Below, one piece after another: positions 35,922 to 50,132 of a DNA stretch of 64,000 bases. The stretch's first letter is position 1, and each line of letters starts with the position of its first letter. The stretch is from positions 68,016,001 to 68,080,000 of the forward strand of contig CM059438.1 of NCBI GenBank assembly GCA_030390025.1, given 5' to 3'. The notes beneath the pieces are model-generated. The model searched no databases, was not told the origin of the DNA, and saw nothing but the letters and a program-made list of their open reading frames with translations. The position numbers and the translations under genes are program-made. The DNA comes from Squalus acanthias (taxonomy: Eukaryota).

Positions 35922-36737
35922 AATGTTCCCATTAATTTGCACACATCTTAAGTTGCTGATACTGGTGGATTTTGGTGTTCTGATTTTGAATTTATCAACC
36001 AGCGAGACAAACCTCCAAGTGCACAGAATTCCAACAGAACAGCAAATAAGAAATGTAAGCCCGAAGTAGCAGTTGGAGCAAGCTTATAACTGATCTCAGC
36101 TGCACATTCTTGAAGGAAATGTTAGAACGTATCCCATTCTGCCCTCCTTAACCTCTAAATATTTCCTGTACTCACCCAGATTTCCCTGGATATCTGACGC
36201 TTCCCTGCATTATTATACGCCTGCCTTCGCAGATTCTTATTATCCATGAGTATCTTCTCCCACTGGACTCTCAATAGCTGAACGTCTCATTTCCACGGCA
36301 ACAAAATTAGCCTTTTAGCCACTTGTAACATTTGAAAATAACATGCTTTCACTGTTTCTGATTGCCAGTGGATAGGATTCCAAGTTTATGCATCGGTGGT
36401 TTAAGGACAATAATTTCCATTTATATCAGAAAGGACCTTGTCTCAGTACACCTGCCCTGACCAGAAAGATTTTAATTCTCCCCAACAAATCAGCTTCAGG
36501 GCCTATTTTTAACAGCTCACTGTGCAGCAGATACACCCTGTAGGATCTTAATCAGAATGAACCACAACTTAACACATTGAGCTGATTTAAGCACATTTCC
36601 CAATATCTGCTTCCATTAGTTTTTAAATCTAAATTTAAAATATTATTGTAGATCCAATAATTTAAATTTGTCTTGAGAAAAATAAGTGGAGATTTAAGGG
36701 AAATTACCTCACTTAATCTGAAGTCATGTGGCACTGA

Positions 36738-38173
36738 CAAGGAGGGAGACAGAAAGCAGGATACTATAGACCAGTTAGCCTAACATCTGTCGTTGGGAAA
36801 ATGCTGGAGTCCTTCATTAAGGAAGCAGTAGCAGGGCATTTGGAAAATCATAATGCAGTCAAGCAGAATCAGCATGGTTTTATGAAAGGGAAATCATGTT
36901 TAACAAACTTGCTGGAGTTCTTTGAGGAGGTAACGAGCAGGGTGGACAAAGGTGAACCAATGGCTGTGGTGTATTTGGATTTCCAGAAGGCATTCGATAA
37001 GGTGCCACATAAAAGGTTACTGCATAAGATAACAGCTCACGGAATTGGGGGTAATATATTAGCATGGATAGAGAATTGGCTAACTAACAGAAAGCAGAGA
37101 GTCAGGGATAAATGGGTCATTTTCTGGTTGGCAAACAGTAACTAGTGGGGTGCCACAGGGATCGGTGCTGGGGCCTCAACTATTTACAATCTACATTAAT
37201 GACTTGGATGAAGGGACCGAGTGTAAAGTAGCCAAGTTTGCGGATGATACAAAGATGGGTGGGAAAGCAAGTTGTGCAGAGGACTCAAAGAACCTGCAAA
37301 GGGATATAGACAGGCTAAGTGAGTGGGCAAACATTTGGCAGATGGAGTATAATGTGGGAAAGTGCGAGGTTATACACTTTGGCAGGAAAAATAAAAAAGC
37401 AAATTATTATTTAAATGGAGAAAGATTACAAAATGCTACAGTTCAGAGGGACCTGGGGGTCCTTGTGCATGAAACACAAAAAGTTAGCATGCAGGTACAG
37501 CAAGTAATCAAAAAGGCAAATGGAATGTTGGCCTTTATTTTAAAGGGGTTGGAGTATAAAAGCAGGGAAGTCCTGCTACAACTGTACAGGGTATTGGTGA
37601 GACCACACCTTGAGTACTGCGTACAGTTTTGGTCTCCTTATTTAAGGAAGGATATACTTGCATTGGAGGCAGTTCAGAGACGATTCACTAGGTTAATTCC
37701 AGAGATGAGGGGGTTGGCTTATGAAGAAAGGTTGAGCAGGCTGGGCCTATACTCATTGGAATTTAGAAGAATGAGAGGTGATCTTATTGAAACATATAAG
37801 ATACTGAGGGGGCTCGACAAGGTAGATGCAGAGAGGATGTTTCCCCTCATGGGGAAATCTAGAATGCGGGGGCACAGTTTTAGAATAAAGGGTCGCCCTT
37901 TTAGAACTGAGATGAGGAGGAATTTCTTCTCTCAGAGGGTCGTAAATCTGTGGAATTCTCTGCCCCAGAGAGCTATGGAGGCTGGGTCATTAAATACATT
38001 TAAAGTGGAGATAGACAGATTTTTGCAAGATAAGGGAGTGAAGGGTTATGGGGAGCGGGTGGGGAAGTGGCTTTGAGCCCAAGATCAACCATGATCTTAT
38101 TGAATGGCGGAGCAGGCTCGAGGGGCCAAGTGGCCTATTCCTGCTACTATTTCTTATGTTCTTATGTTCTTAT
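36738..38173 (+). mobile_element. CR1 LINE, 5'-truncated; RT region with one frameshift (~37105), stop at 38076
   Basis: [52 protein letters not shown]; tail (TTCTTATG)3. Confidence 0.95.
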
Positions 38174-38520
38174 GACAATACTTCAGCATTAGTAAAAGCA
38201 GAGTGACCATATTGCTAGTTTGTCATGTCGGATGGAAAACATTTAACAACATAAATCCTGAAGCAACCAGTTGTATCACAAACTGTTTGAAAAACAGGAC
38301 TCAAGATTTAATACAGGTTTTCAAAATTATGAGGGGTTTTGATAGAGTCGATAGGGAGCTACTTTCCACTGGCAGGATGGTCAATAACCAGAGGACACAG
38401 ATTTAAGATCATTGGCAAAAGAACAAGGAGGAGAATTTTTTTCTATGCAGCGAGTTGTTACGATCTGTAATGCACTGCCTGAAAGGGGGTGGAAGCAGAT
38501 TCAAGACGGTATTCAATTCA

Positions 38521-40997
38521 AACAGTAATACGAAGGTTGGAGATGGCATTAAAAGGGAAATTAGAGAAGCGTGCAATAAGAGCACAGCAGTTATCATGGG
38601 TGACTTTAATCTACATATAGATTGGGCTAACCAAATTAGTAACAATACTGTGGAGGAGGAATTCCTGGAGTGTATATGGGATGGTTTCCTGGACCAATAT
38701 GTCAAGGAACCAACTAGAGATCAGGCCACCTTAGACTGGGTATTATGTAATGAGAAAGGATTAATTAGCAATCTTGTTGTGCGAGGCGCCTTGGGGAGGA
38801 GCGATCATAATATAATAGAATTCTTCATTAAGATGGAGAGTGAAGTAGTTGACTCAGAGACTAGGGTCCTGAATTTAAATAAAGGAAACTACGATGGTAT
38901 GAGGCGCGAGTTGGGTAGGATTGATTGGGGAATGCCACGCAAAGGGTTGACGGTGGATAGGCAATGGCAAACATTCAAAGATCACATGAATGAACTACAG
39001 AATTTGTTCATCCCAGTTTGGCATAAAAATAAAACAAAAAAGGTGACTCCACCATGGCTAACAAAGGCAATTAGGGATAGCATAAGATCCAAGGAGAGGA
39101 CATATAAATTGACCAGAAAAAGCAGAAAACCTGAGGATTGGGAGCAGTATAAGATTCAGCAAAGAAGGACAAAGGGATTAACTAAGAGGGGGGAAATAGA
39201 GTATGAGAGTAAGCTTGCAGGGAACATAAAAACTGACTGTAAAAGCTTTTATAGATATGTGAAGAGAAAAAGATTGGTGAAGTCAAGTGTAGGTCCCTTG
39301 CAGTCAGAATCAGGGGAATTTATAATGGGGAACAAAGAAATGGCAGGCCAATTAAATACATACTTTGGTTCTGTCTTCACAAAGGAGGACACAAATAACC
39401 TCCCAGAGATGTCGGGGAACATAGGGTCTAATGAGAGGGAGGAACTGAAAGAAATCAGTATTTGTAGGGAAATAGTGTTAGGGAAATTGACGGGATTGAA
39501 GGCCGATAAATCCCCAGGGCCTGATCATCTACATCCTAGGGTACTTAAAGAAGTGGCCCTAGAAATAGTAGATGCATTGCTGATCATCTTCCAAAATTCA
39601 ATAGACTCTGGAACAGTACCCATGGATTGGAGGGTAGCTAATGTAACCCCACTATTCAAAAAAGGTGGTAGAGAGAAAACGGGGAATTATAGACCAGTAA
39701 GCCTGACATCGGTAGTGAGGAAAATGCTAGAGTCCATTATAAAAGATGTAATAGCAGAGCACTTGGAAAACAGTGACGGAACAGACAAAGTCAACATGGA
39801 TTTACAAAAGGTAAATCGTGCTTGACTAATCTACTGGAATTTTTTGAGGATGTAACTGGTAAAATAGATAAGGGAGAACCAGTGGATGTGGTGTATTTGG
39901 ACTTTCAGAAGGCTTTCGATATGGTCCCGCATAAGAGATTAGCGTGTAAAGTTAAGGCACATGGGATTGGGGGCAAGGGATTGAATTGGATAGAGAACTG
40001 GTTGGCTGACAGAAAGCAAAGAGTTGGAATAAACGGGTCTTTTTCCGAGTGGCAGGCAGTGACTAGTGGGGTACCACAGGGATCGATCCAAGGACCCCAG
40101 CTATTCACAATATATATTAATGATCTAGACGATGGAATTGGATGTAATATCTCCAAGTTTGCAGACGACACAAAGCTGGGTGGGAGTGTATGCCGTGAGG
40201 AGGATGCCGAGAAACTCCAGTATGATTTGGACAGGTTGGGTTATTGGGCAGAAGCATGGCAGATGCAATATAATGTGGATAAATGCGAGGTTATCCACTT
40301 TAGTGTCAAAAATAGGAAGGCAGATTATTATCTGAATGGCAATAGATTGGGAGAAGGGGAAGTGCAACGAGACCTGGGTGTCCTTGTGCACCAGTCGCTG
40401 AAGGTAAGCATGCAGATGCAGCAGGCGGTTAAGAACGCAAATGGTATGTTGGCCTTCGTAGCGAAAGGGTTCGAGTACAGGAACAAGGATATCTTGCTGC
40501 AGTTGTACAGGGCCTTGGTGAGACCACATCTTGAGTATTGTGTGCAGTTTTGGTCGCCTTATCTGAGGAAGGATGTTCTTGCCATGGAGGGAGTGCAGCG
40601 AAGATTCACCAGGCTGATACCTGGGATGGCAGGAATGATGTATGAGGAGAGATTGGGTCGATTGGGCTTATACTCGCTGGCGTTTAGAAGAATGAGAGGG
40701 GATCTCATTGAAACTTATAAAATTCTAACAGGACTAGACAGACTAGATGCAGGAAGGATGTTCCCGATGGCCGGGGAGTCCAGAACCAGGGGTCACAGTC
40801 TAAGGATAAGGGGTAAGCCATTTAGGACTGAGATGAGGAGGAATTTCTTCACCCAGAGAGTGATGAACCTGTGGAATTCTCTACCACAGAAGGCAGTAGA
40901 GGCCAATTCCTTAAATATATTCAAGAAGCAGTTAGATATATTTCTTAAAGCTAAAGGGATCAAGGGATATGGAGAGAAGGCAGGGACAGGGAACTGA
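38521..40997 (+). pseudogene. CR1 ORF2 (APE endonuclease C-half plus reverse transcriptase), 5'-truncated, single frameshift near 39780
   Basis: MGDFN, TLDWVL, RSDH, KSPGPD, YRPVSLTS, then YLDFQKAFD, GVPQGS, FADD. Two overlapping ORFs cover ~2.5 kb. Element tail ends ~41090. Confidence 0.93.
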
Positions 40998-41160
40998 ATT
41001 TGGATGACCAGCCATGATCTCATTGAATGATGGAGCAGGCTCGAGGGGCTGAATGGCCTGCTCCTACTCCTATCTTCTATGTTTCTATGTTAATAGTAAC
41101 CTTCAAAAGGAATTGGATATATACTTGAAAAGGAAAAATTTGCTGGGCTATGGGGAAAGA

Positions 41161-41252
41161 GATAAAAACTGAAAATGCTGGAACTACTCAGCAGGTCAGG
41201 CAGCATCTGTGGAGAGAGAAACAGAGTTAACGTTTCAGGTCGATGACCCTTC
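41161..41252 (-). mobile_element. Penelope-like pLTR fragment (hammerhead truncated, CUGA lost)
   Basis: Matches 16476-16567. Confidence 0.65.
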
Positions 41253-42732
41253 TAATTGGATAGCTCTTTCAAAGAGCCAGCACATGCATGATGGACCGAA
41301 TAACCCCCTCTGTGCTGTATGATTCTATAAAGTAGTGCAAAATATCTCCTGAACATCCTCCATTCATCTCCCCCTTCCTTTCTTAAACGCTGACTCAAGC
41401 AAGATTGCAGTTCCATGGCTAGGGGCAATTTATGAATTGGTGTCACATGAAATTGGCATCAGCAAGAATATGCCTATCTACAGTTTTCATTGGCAAGTGT
41501 TAAAATCTAAAAGCAAAGGGTTACAAGTGTACATTTCGCCCCCCACCCGAAGAAGCAGCCCCTTATTTACCCTGAATTTTGCTTACAGCAGCCGTTTCAC
41601 GATTAAATGATAAAACTCCGTTCCATTTCAAGACTTCTCTCTCTCACTCAAATTGAAAGTAGCAATTATAGAATTTTTGAGCATGTCGCAAGCTTCCAGT
41701 AATCATAGTTTATTTTCTTTCCTAATTACCGTTTTTTTTTGATAAACAGCATTTGTGGAACAGTTTCCACTTAACACGTTAAGAGTTGTGTAACGAAATT
41801 AGGAGTCATTCTTTATATAATGCTGGTGATTTAGATTGTACTGAACATGTTGGTCATCCTGGACATACGGCAAGAATGCAAACTCATTGGGCGGGAAGGG
41901 GTTAATCCCCTAGCATCTATTTATGAAGAACATGTTAGGCAATAAGTGACTCCTAGGCTAATTATGCATTGGAGCACAGGTTAATCACATCACTTCCACC
42001 CCTCCACTCCTCCCCCCACCCCCCACCCCACCCTCCTCCCCGTGTTGTGACTGGGTAAAAAATGGTGCAGACCAATTCTTCGAACAAACAGAATGTTTGT
42101 GTTTTAAGAACTATTCTAACTGCTAAGCTGTTTTTATCAAGATTTCTGACTTTGATATACAGCTCGTTTAATACGTAATTGCTCAAACTTAAAGCCTTCT
42201 GTTTCTATTTCTGTTTCAATTGTTCTGCCTTATTATGTGGTGTTTGTGTACGTGTCATTTCAGCCGTGCCTGCAGTTTCTGCTTGCCGCTCATTCTGGTG
42301 ACCTGCTGTCTCCTTAATGCAGCGTGTCGAAATTTATATATCATTACATCAGCCCTGACAAATCAGCAGTTGCAGTAATGAATGCTCTCGTACGCTCGCC
42401 ACACCATAAGGAGTTGGCTGAGACACACACTTTTACACTCGAGCATATTGTATCTACCAGTCAGCTTCCCTCCTCCAGCACAGACAGCTCCGATATTGCT
42501 GCTGGGGATTGGGACAAATCTATTCATTTTAATTATCTGCCATTCTTAACGCTCCAAAATATAATAAGATGAGTTACAATGTCACTTAATATGTCACACT
42601 ATTTTGCAGCCATTGATCTCAACCTTTTCGCCATGTGGCTATGTCTGGGACATAGACACAGACCCACACAGACTCCGTGACCAAAGGATAGCATTAGGAA
42701 CCACTCTTAAAATGGAAGTGAATCTCTTGTTA

Positions 42733-43217
42733 ACTCCAACAACACTCAAGAAGCTCGGCACCATCCAGGACAAAGCAGCCCGCTTGATTGGCACCCCATC
42801 CACCACCTTAAACATTCACTCTCTCCACCACCGGCGCACCGTGGCTGCAGTGTGTACCATCTACAAGATGCACTGCAGCAACTCGCCAAGGCTTCTTCGG
42901 CAGCACCTCCCAAACCCACGACCTCGTCCATCTAGAAGGACAAGGACAGCAGGCGCATGGGAACACCGCCACCTCCAAGTTCCCCTCCAAGTCACACACC
43001 ATCCTGACTTAGAAGTATATCGCCGATCCTTCATCGTCGCTGGCTCAAAATCCTGGAACTCCCTCCCTAACAGCACTGTGGGAGTACCTTCACCTACACG
43101 GACTGCAGCGGTTCAAGAAGGCGGCTAACCACCACCTTCTCAAGGGCAACTAGGGATGGGCAATAAATGCTGGCCTTGCCAGCGACGCCCACATCCCATG
43201 AACGAACAAAAAAAAAA
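42733..43217 (+). mobile_element. Poly(A) LINE family 3' end
   Basis: Reverse complement of 23385-23850; ends CATCCCATGAACGAACAAAAAAAAAA. Confidence 0.88.
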
Positions 43218-43220
43218 CTT

Positions 43221-43523
43221 GTTTAACCGAGGCCCCGTCTGCCATCTCAAGGTGACATAAAAGTTCCCATGGCACTATTCAAAGAAGCGATGGGGAGGCT
43301 TCTGGTCTCCTGGCCAACATTTTTCCCTCCCCCATCATGACTAAAACAGATTATCTGGTCATTATCACATTGCTGTATGAGGGGCCTTGCTGTGTGTAAA
43401 TTTGGCTGCCACATTAACTACATTACAAGTGACTGCACTTCAAAAGTACTTCATTGGCTGTAAAACATTTTGGGACGTCTTGAGGTTTGTGAAAGGTGCT
43501 ATATAAACACAAGTCTTTCTTTT
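43221..43523 (+). mobile_element. Deu-SINE-like SINE, 3' part
   Basis: Collinear with 6920-7221. Confidence 0.8.
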
Positions 43524-43697
43524 CCCCACACAAGTCATCCTTCTGGCTTTTCTGTGTGAGATTTTGTAACGTATCAATGTTGGCAATTTTGTGCTGCATT
43601 TCCAAGCCCACAAGGGCCGTGGTAGAGATGTTCCAAGCCACTACTATTTGAACATATACTGCAAACAGAGAGGCGGCATTGGCCTACTGTTTCTTTT

Positions 43698-44208
43698 AGC
43701 TGGATTTTGACTTGGGGTGTGTTCGGGGAGGGTGGGCTGCGGGGTGGGAGGGAAACCGTCGTGGGCTCTTCGGTGGTGGCATGGGCTATTATAACTCCTG
43801 GGCCTCATCGCCGGGGGAGATTGGGGGTGAAAAGCCCAGAGCAGAGGAGGGCCGACGTTACCTTGTTTAACCAGGAGGAGCACTCCTACCCTTCCTGGGC
43901 CACAAGAAACCTTCCAAAAATTAAATTAAAAATATAAACATTTACCCGGCCTCTCTTGGCCCATGCGCATTTTGCTGGCGGTTTCTGAGATACAAGTCAT
44001 GCTTTTGAACGCTAAAATTATGTTGGGGTCCTAATTACGTCATCGGACCCTGACAGTTTAATATTTGAGGCCCATGCCTGCCTCCACGACCCTCCCCGAA
44101 CCCAGGAGTTATGGGAGTGCCTGGGGCGTGAACACACTCTCTACCCGACCGGCATTTTAACAGCTGCCCGCCCCGTTAGTGCTAGGCAGGCGGGATTAAA
44201 ATCGTAGC
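43698..44208. mobile_element. Degenerate GC-rich MITE-like element
   Basis: Weak TIR-like ends (GCTGGATTTT / AAAATCGTAGC). Shares an AGGAGCACT..CCACA motif with 48290-49066 and 59633-62187. Confidence 0.45.
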
Positions 44209-45019
44209 TTAAGTGTCAGAACTGAGAGGGCATTGTGTTCATTGTGAATGAAAGGGCTGCTCTAGTTGAAAAATCTCGACTATATTATTCATGAAACCAT
44301 CTTTCTCAATCATGTCCTGCGACCCCATTCAGCACAAATTGACATTCCTCTGTGTCAATGACATGGTTGGCTGCACTGGTCAAAAAACACGGACTAGAAC
44401 TAGCTCAAATGTGATCTTCTATCTGCAGCTGCATAACGGAACAGATGCACCACACCACGCTGTCCCCAGGAAGCAAGTACCTCTGACTAATGTGATATAA
44501 GTCATGCAGTCCTTCCCATCTAATTCACTACACAATGATATGGTGTTGTCAGTTGTTAACCATTGCAGTGTGAGTCGTGATGTGATTTGACACTATTGTG
44601 GGCCCAAGGACTGAAGTGGTAACAAAAATCAAGTGATTCCTTCACCTGTGAATAAGTTATTAATTGAACAATATCACAACCTCACTATCACTATTACCGT
44701 CAATAGGAAGTTTGACATCGTACCATTCTGTTAGAGTGACTTACGTAATATTTATCAACAATACTCAGAATGGGAATACAGTTAAAAGATTTAAGCACTG
44801 CACGGTGTTAACGCGGAATTCATTCCCACTTGATTTTGTTCTGAATGGCTTGGTTATATCAGGAGATGAGCAATGCCAACTGTGATGTTAATTTAAAAAA
44901 GCAGGTCTTGTACAGCCAAGGATATTCTACAAATATTACAGAAATGCGTTCTAATGAAAGTTCCCGGCAATTGTATGATGGGTCAGTTGCACAACAGGTA
45001 CCTGTCTCAGTCTGGTACC

Positions 45020-46525
45020 TACACATATAAACTAAATGGTACAATCCGGAAGAGGGTGCACAAACAGAGAGACCTGGGGGTATGTGTGCACAAATCGTTG
45101 AAGGTGGCAGGGTAGGTTGAGAAAGCAGTTAAAATGGCTTGTGGGGTCCTGGACTTCATAAATAGAGGTAATGGACCAGAAATTCGCCTCTCCGGCTTGC
45201 CGCGGGGGTAAGGATCGCGCGCGCTCTTACCTACCGCGCCTGCCGTTGTGTTTTGGGCCCACGGGAAATTCAGCTCCTGGTCCTGCTCCAAGAGCCAGTG
45301 CGCAGTGCTTGCATGTCCCAGGGGCGTAGTTAGTGCGATGCGTCCCCTGGGATCACGTGGGCCATGGAGAGCCAATGGCAGCAGACCATCTTTCATTCAT
45401 AGATTTGACAGGAGACCTGTCAAATCTGTGAATTGAAATCGGCCCCAAAAGAACAGCTAAACTTAAAATAAATTTAAAAAAACCCATCACATTTATAAAA
45501 ATAACTATAGTTAAATAAATTAACCACTTTAAACAAAAATTTAAATTTTTGAAAAAATTAAAATTCTTTTTAAAAGTGATAAAAATAAACTTACCTTTCT
45601 TTAAAGTATCTAAAAAAGATAAACCTGTTGAAATTTTTTTAAAATTATACTTAATTAACCACTTACCTTGTTGAAAACGGGTCCTGCGCCTCCTTTTTAA
45701 TAGCGTAGTTTCTTCAATACTTACCCTCGCGTAGAAACCTGAAAAAAAATCTAAGTTTGCTGTGTGTGCGCAGCCTCTACCGCACACGCAGTTCACCTAG
45801 GAACCGCCCCCTTCACCATACCGGAAGTTCCGGTTTCCCGCGCATGCGCAGTGCATGCAGGAAACTGACACTTCGGGATGCATTACGGGTGAGTACGGAC
45901 TGTATACTCACCCGGGAAGGGACGAATTTTTGGCCCATAGAGTGCAAAAGTGTGGAAATTATGATGAACCTGTATAAAACACTGGTTCGGCCCCAACTGT
46001 AGTATTGTGTCCAATTCTGGGCATCACACTTTAGGAAGGATGTGAAGGTCTTAGAGAGGGTGCAGAAAAGATTTACGAGAATGATTCCAGGAATGAGGGA
46101 CTTCAGTTACGTTGATAGACTGAGAAGTTGAGGTTGTTCTCCTTCGAGCAGAGAAGATTGAGAGGAGATTTGATAGAGGTGCTCAAAATCATGAAGGGTC
46201 TGGACAGAGTAGATAGAGAGAAACTGTTCCCATTGGCAGAAGGGTCGAGAACCTGAGGACACAGATTTAAGGTGATTGGCAAAAGAACCAAAGGCGACGT
46301 AAGAAAAAACTTTTTTACACAGCGAGTGGTTAAGATCTGGAATGCACTGCCTGAAAGGGTGGTGAGGCAGACTCAATCTTATCTTTCAAAACGGAGTTGG
46401 ATAAGTATCTGAAGAAAATAAATTTGCAGGGCTACGGGGAAAGGACGGGGGAATGGGACTAGCTTAAGTGCTCTTGCAGAGAGCCGGCATGGGCTCGATG
46501 GTCTGAATGATTCTATGATCCTATA
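45020..46525 (+). mobile_element. CR1 LINE 3' part interrupted by a MITE
   Basis: Reverse complement of 21463-22210; ATGATTCTATG tail at ~46507-46525. Confidence 0.88.
45173..45936 (-). mobile_element. Harbinger-type MITE, family B copy 4
   Basis: TIRs GGACCAGAAATT / AATTTTTGGCCC; highly similar to 17191-17953; TSD degenerate. Confidence 0.9.
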
Positions 46526-48114
46526 GACACTCGGCTTTGGAGCTGGCAGAAGCAACCTACTCTGCCGCCTCCCATGTCGTTCTTGCCCTGCGGAATTCTG
46601 CTTACCAACTTCTGAATGCCCGTTAAAGATCTGTGCTGGAGTGGGGTGGTGATTGGGCCGTCAGTTCATTTCTGGCATTAAAAAGGAAACCAGCAAGCAA
46701 GCCGAGGGAACTGTCTGTGATTCTTTTAAAGCTTGGTTTCACTGGACTGCAGTTATACTGCAGCCAGGATGAAACCCAAGTGGTGAGAATCTACTTCCTG
46801 TCTGTGGACTGAAACCTCTTCTTTAGGACTGTCCACAGCTGGATTGCTGGCCTGAATCCTGAGCTTTACAACTGCTTTTGCATCAAAGCAAGACAGCAAC
46901 CTGCTTCATATTGATGACAAAGTCGTGAGATAACTGCCCCGTTACAATATGACAAGAAAATGATACTGTTTTCTGTCTTCCATTTGTACGAGAAAATGTA
47001 GCTCATTCCTAATATGCAGTCAAATTTAATTTGCGTGGACACAAAATAAAAGTTTGGTATTTTGTCAGAAAATTGAGACTTAAGCTGGTGGGCTGTTAAG
47101 TTGTGTCTATTTAATTGGTAGTACATGTCAGTCGAAAAGTAATGTGCTTCTGAAGCAAGCGGAGTGCGGAAGTTCTTTACGTTCACGGTATTTGAGATTC
47201 CAATTGCACAACATTTGTCTGCTGCCAAGTGGAGATATACCTTGTAGCCAAAATGAACGTGAAAATGCAGGAGAGAAAAACTGAATATGACTGCAGAAAA
47301 CTTTGTAGATTAGTTTAGTCCAAGCTAATGCTAGCTTGCAGAGTTCTGGGAAGGTAGCACTCTCCCACTGGGAGGATTGCGGCGAGCATGTTAAATGCAG
47401 AGTGGAGAGATTATGGAATAAGTGTTTCCCTTCTGGTTATATCACAGAGGGGAGAGTGAAGGAGGGATAGGTCATGATGTTCTGCCTGTGCACGCTATGA
47501 TTAATATTTAAGCTTGGGGAGGAAAATGGATGTGATGAGTTTTCAGTCACTGAAATATGAGATAAAAAAACAGGCTCAACCAATAAGATGAAAATTCCTC
47601 ACAGAATTGCTTACCTATCTTGAAGTAAATGAAACTTCTTTTATATCCAGTTAAAGGTGTTCATTACTTCTTGGATTAACTGAAAACTGTCATTTCTATC
47701 TCTTTTGGAAATAAAAATCCTTTTTGGAATTCAGAAATAGGAAAGTTAACCAGTGAGTACCTAGCCATTATGCACCAGGATGGGTCCGAGCTTTGGTCCC
47801 ACATTTAATCCCCAATCTATGCTAAATGTGTTAACCTGAGCCTGACTGATGGTAGGGGTGATGTAACTGCCCCAAAGCCCCTGGTTTAGGGAGGAGAAAT
47901 TCCCTGCTCCTGATTGCTATGCAATTATCTTTGTTTGCAGGTAAACATTCCCACAGGTCAGGACAGGATTGGCTTTACACATCTACAGCTGGACAGCCTG
48001 CAGTCAATCACTGACAAATTTTGCATGTGAATAATCGCCAACTGGGCAAGGTCCCAGAAGGCATTAGGTGTCCATTGAGCCAAACCCCAACAAGAAGTCA
48101 ACAACTTAAGGAGA

Positions 48115-49595
48115 GTTTTATTTGAAGAGGTGAATGATTCTATAGATAAAGGTAATGCAGTGGATGCACTGTATATAGATTTTCGGAAGGCATTTTATAT
48201 GGTGTTTCACAAGAGGAAATTCAAGGCGTATGCTGGAGGACGAAAAGTAAAAACATGGATAGAAAATTGGTTGATGGACAGGAAGCAAAGGGGGTAATTT
48301 TAAAACCCAAAAATGGGTGGGTTGAGGTTGGGTGAGATGTAAAAAAATTTTAAATCACAAACCCGACCCCAGTCTGCCTCCAACCCTCCCACTTCTGGGT
48401 TTAACTGGGGGCCGGGACAGGGAGTAGGCAACCAACCCGCTCCCAGGAGGCAGGTTGGACATATAAATATTATAATGAGGCTATGTGCCTCAGATTTGAC
48501 TTGTCTTCCAGGTTTAACCCTGGCCGACCAGGTTTCCCAGGCCTCGGGAAACCCGGCAGCTGAAGGGAGGCGAGGACAGCTTCAGGGAGGAGGTAAGTGC
48601 CTTTCCAGCACTGCTTATGTGCCATGAGGAGTAGGAGTGCTTCCCCCCAGCCCCTCAAGCTCACCTTCTTTCCTGCCATCGGAACCCTCCTCCCGTCAGA
48701 CCCCCATCCAAAGATGCTGCCCTTCCCCCCCACCCCACCCCCTACCCCCTGGGATCAGGGATTGGATGCCCCTGGGATTGGGGAACGGACACCTCCCAGG
48801 ATCGCCCCCCTCCCCCGGGATCAGACGTCCCCTCCGGGATCAGGGATCGGAGCCCCTGGAACCCAACCTCCTCCCAGCTCCCCCACCCCCCCCCCCCCCC
48901 GCCCGCCAACGCTCCCACTCATGCAGCAGCAGGCTCCCTACCAGCTCCTGCAGCTTCCTCCAGAGTGTTCCATGCCCGACAGGGAGCCAAGCCTGTTAAT
49001 TAGGCTCGCTTACGGTCGGCGATCCGACCAAAACTCCTTCTCCCTGCCCCAGTAAATATCGGGGCCAAAGACTTTGGGTCAATGGGTGTTGTCAGAGTGG
49101 AGAGGGACCAGGAGTGATGTAACCCAGGGGCCAGTGCTGGCTCTGCTTTTATACGTTAGATAAATAGATGTATTGAAGTTGGGCGTAGAGAGCACAATAT
49201 TAAAATTACTGATGATAGAAAAGTAGGGGGTTTGGCTAACAGCAAGGAGGTCTGTAAAAGACTTCTTGAGAACGTAGACAGCTTAGCTGCTAGACTGGCG
49301 TCCGATTCAATTTTAACGTGGAGAATTGTGAGGTAATACATTTCGGAAGGAAAAATGGGGATCAGGAATATAAATGGAAGGGTCTGGGTGAACAGAGAGA
49401 CAGCGGGTTTCAAACACATTATCTGCTGTAAGTGTGGGTGTAGGTAGATAAAATCATACAAAAAATGCCAATAGGTATTTTGGATTTTATATGTGGAGCA
49501 GAGAATCCAAGAATAAAGAGGTAATAAATTAGTACAATAGTGAGGCGACAGTTCGAGTACTGCATGCAGTTTTGGCCGCACATTATAGACAGGAT
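48115..49595 (+). mobile_element. Old, highly degenerate CR1 RT region hosting two DNA-transposon insertions
   Basis: Residual YIDFRKAF, WIENWL.DRKQ, QGPVL and EYCMQFW motifs. Confidence 0.7.
48290..49066. mobile_element. Non-autonomous Harbinger-type element
   Basis: Ends GGGGGTAATTTT / AATATCGGGGCC, TSD AAA (48287-48289, 49067-49069). Host CR1 is continuous across it. Related left part at ~5945-6225. Confidence 0.7.
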
Positions 49596-50132
49596 GGCCG
49601 TAATTTTCTGGGGTCCATGTGGGCGCGATTGGAGGCGGGTCAGGTGTGAAATTTGAAAAATCTTGCAGCAGGGTCGGGAACCCGCCATCATCCCGCCCCC
49701 ACGCGCCTTTCCCTCGGGTGCGTTTGCCGGCGCAGCAGTGACCCGAACGGCAGAGGCGGGCGAGCTCATTTAAATCATTATTAGGTACTTGTCAGACCCT
49801 TTAGCGCCTTTTCAAATTTCCCTGGATGACCATGGGATTCACGCAGCTCGGAAACCACGTCTGTGAACCTGAGGCGGAAATTGAGTGGTCATTGAACCAG
49901 CTCATTACTGCACATCTTGAAAAGTACAATAAAAACTCCAACCTCAGAGCTGGTCACTTTCCTAAGGCAGATGCTGTTGCTGACTACATTGTCAGCACTG
50001 ATTTAGCTTTTTAGAGGTTGCAAGTGTTTCCAGCAACGTCGGCATCCAGTGTCACCTCATTGGTGGAACCTATCACTCTATTGATAGATTGCTTCTGTCA
50101 TCTCTACTTGACTTGCCATCTATTCCATCAGC

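Larger units (their letters stand above)
38315..41328 (+). mobile_element. Older CR1 3' end split by a younger CR1 (~38521-41090) and a Penelope-like fragment (41161-41252)
   Basis: 38315-38503 (DLIQVFKIMRGFDRVD..GCAGATTCAA) resumes at ~41092 (AATAGTAACCTTCAAAAGG..) and again at 41253 up to the ATGATTCTAT tail. Confidence 0.75.

Noticed and set aside
47745..48110. Ancient LF-SINE-like repeat (related pieces at ~33620 and ~63200-63620)
   Set aside because: Too degenerate to set boundaries or family by eye; needs a profile search.
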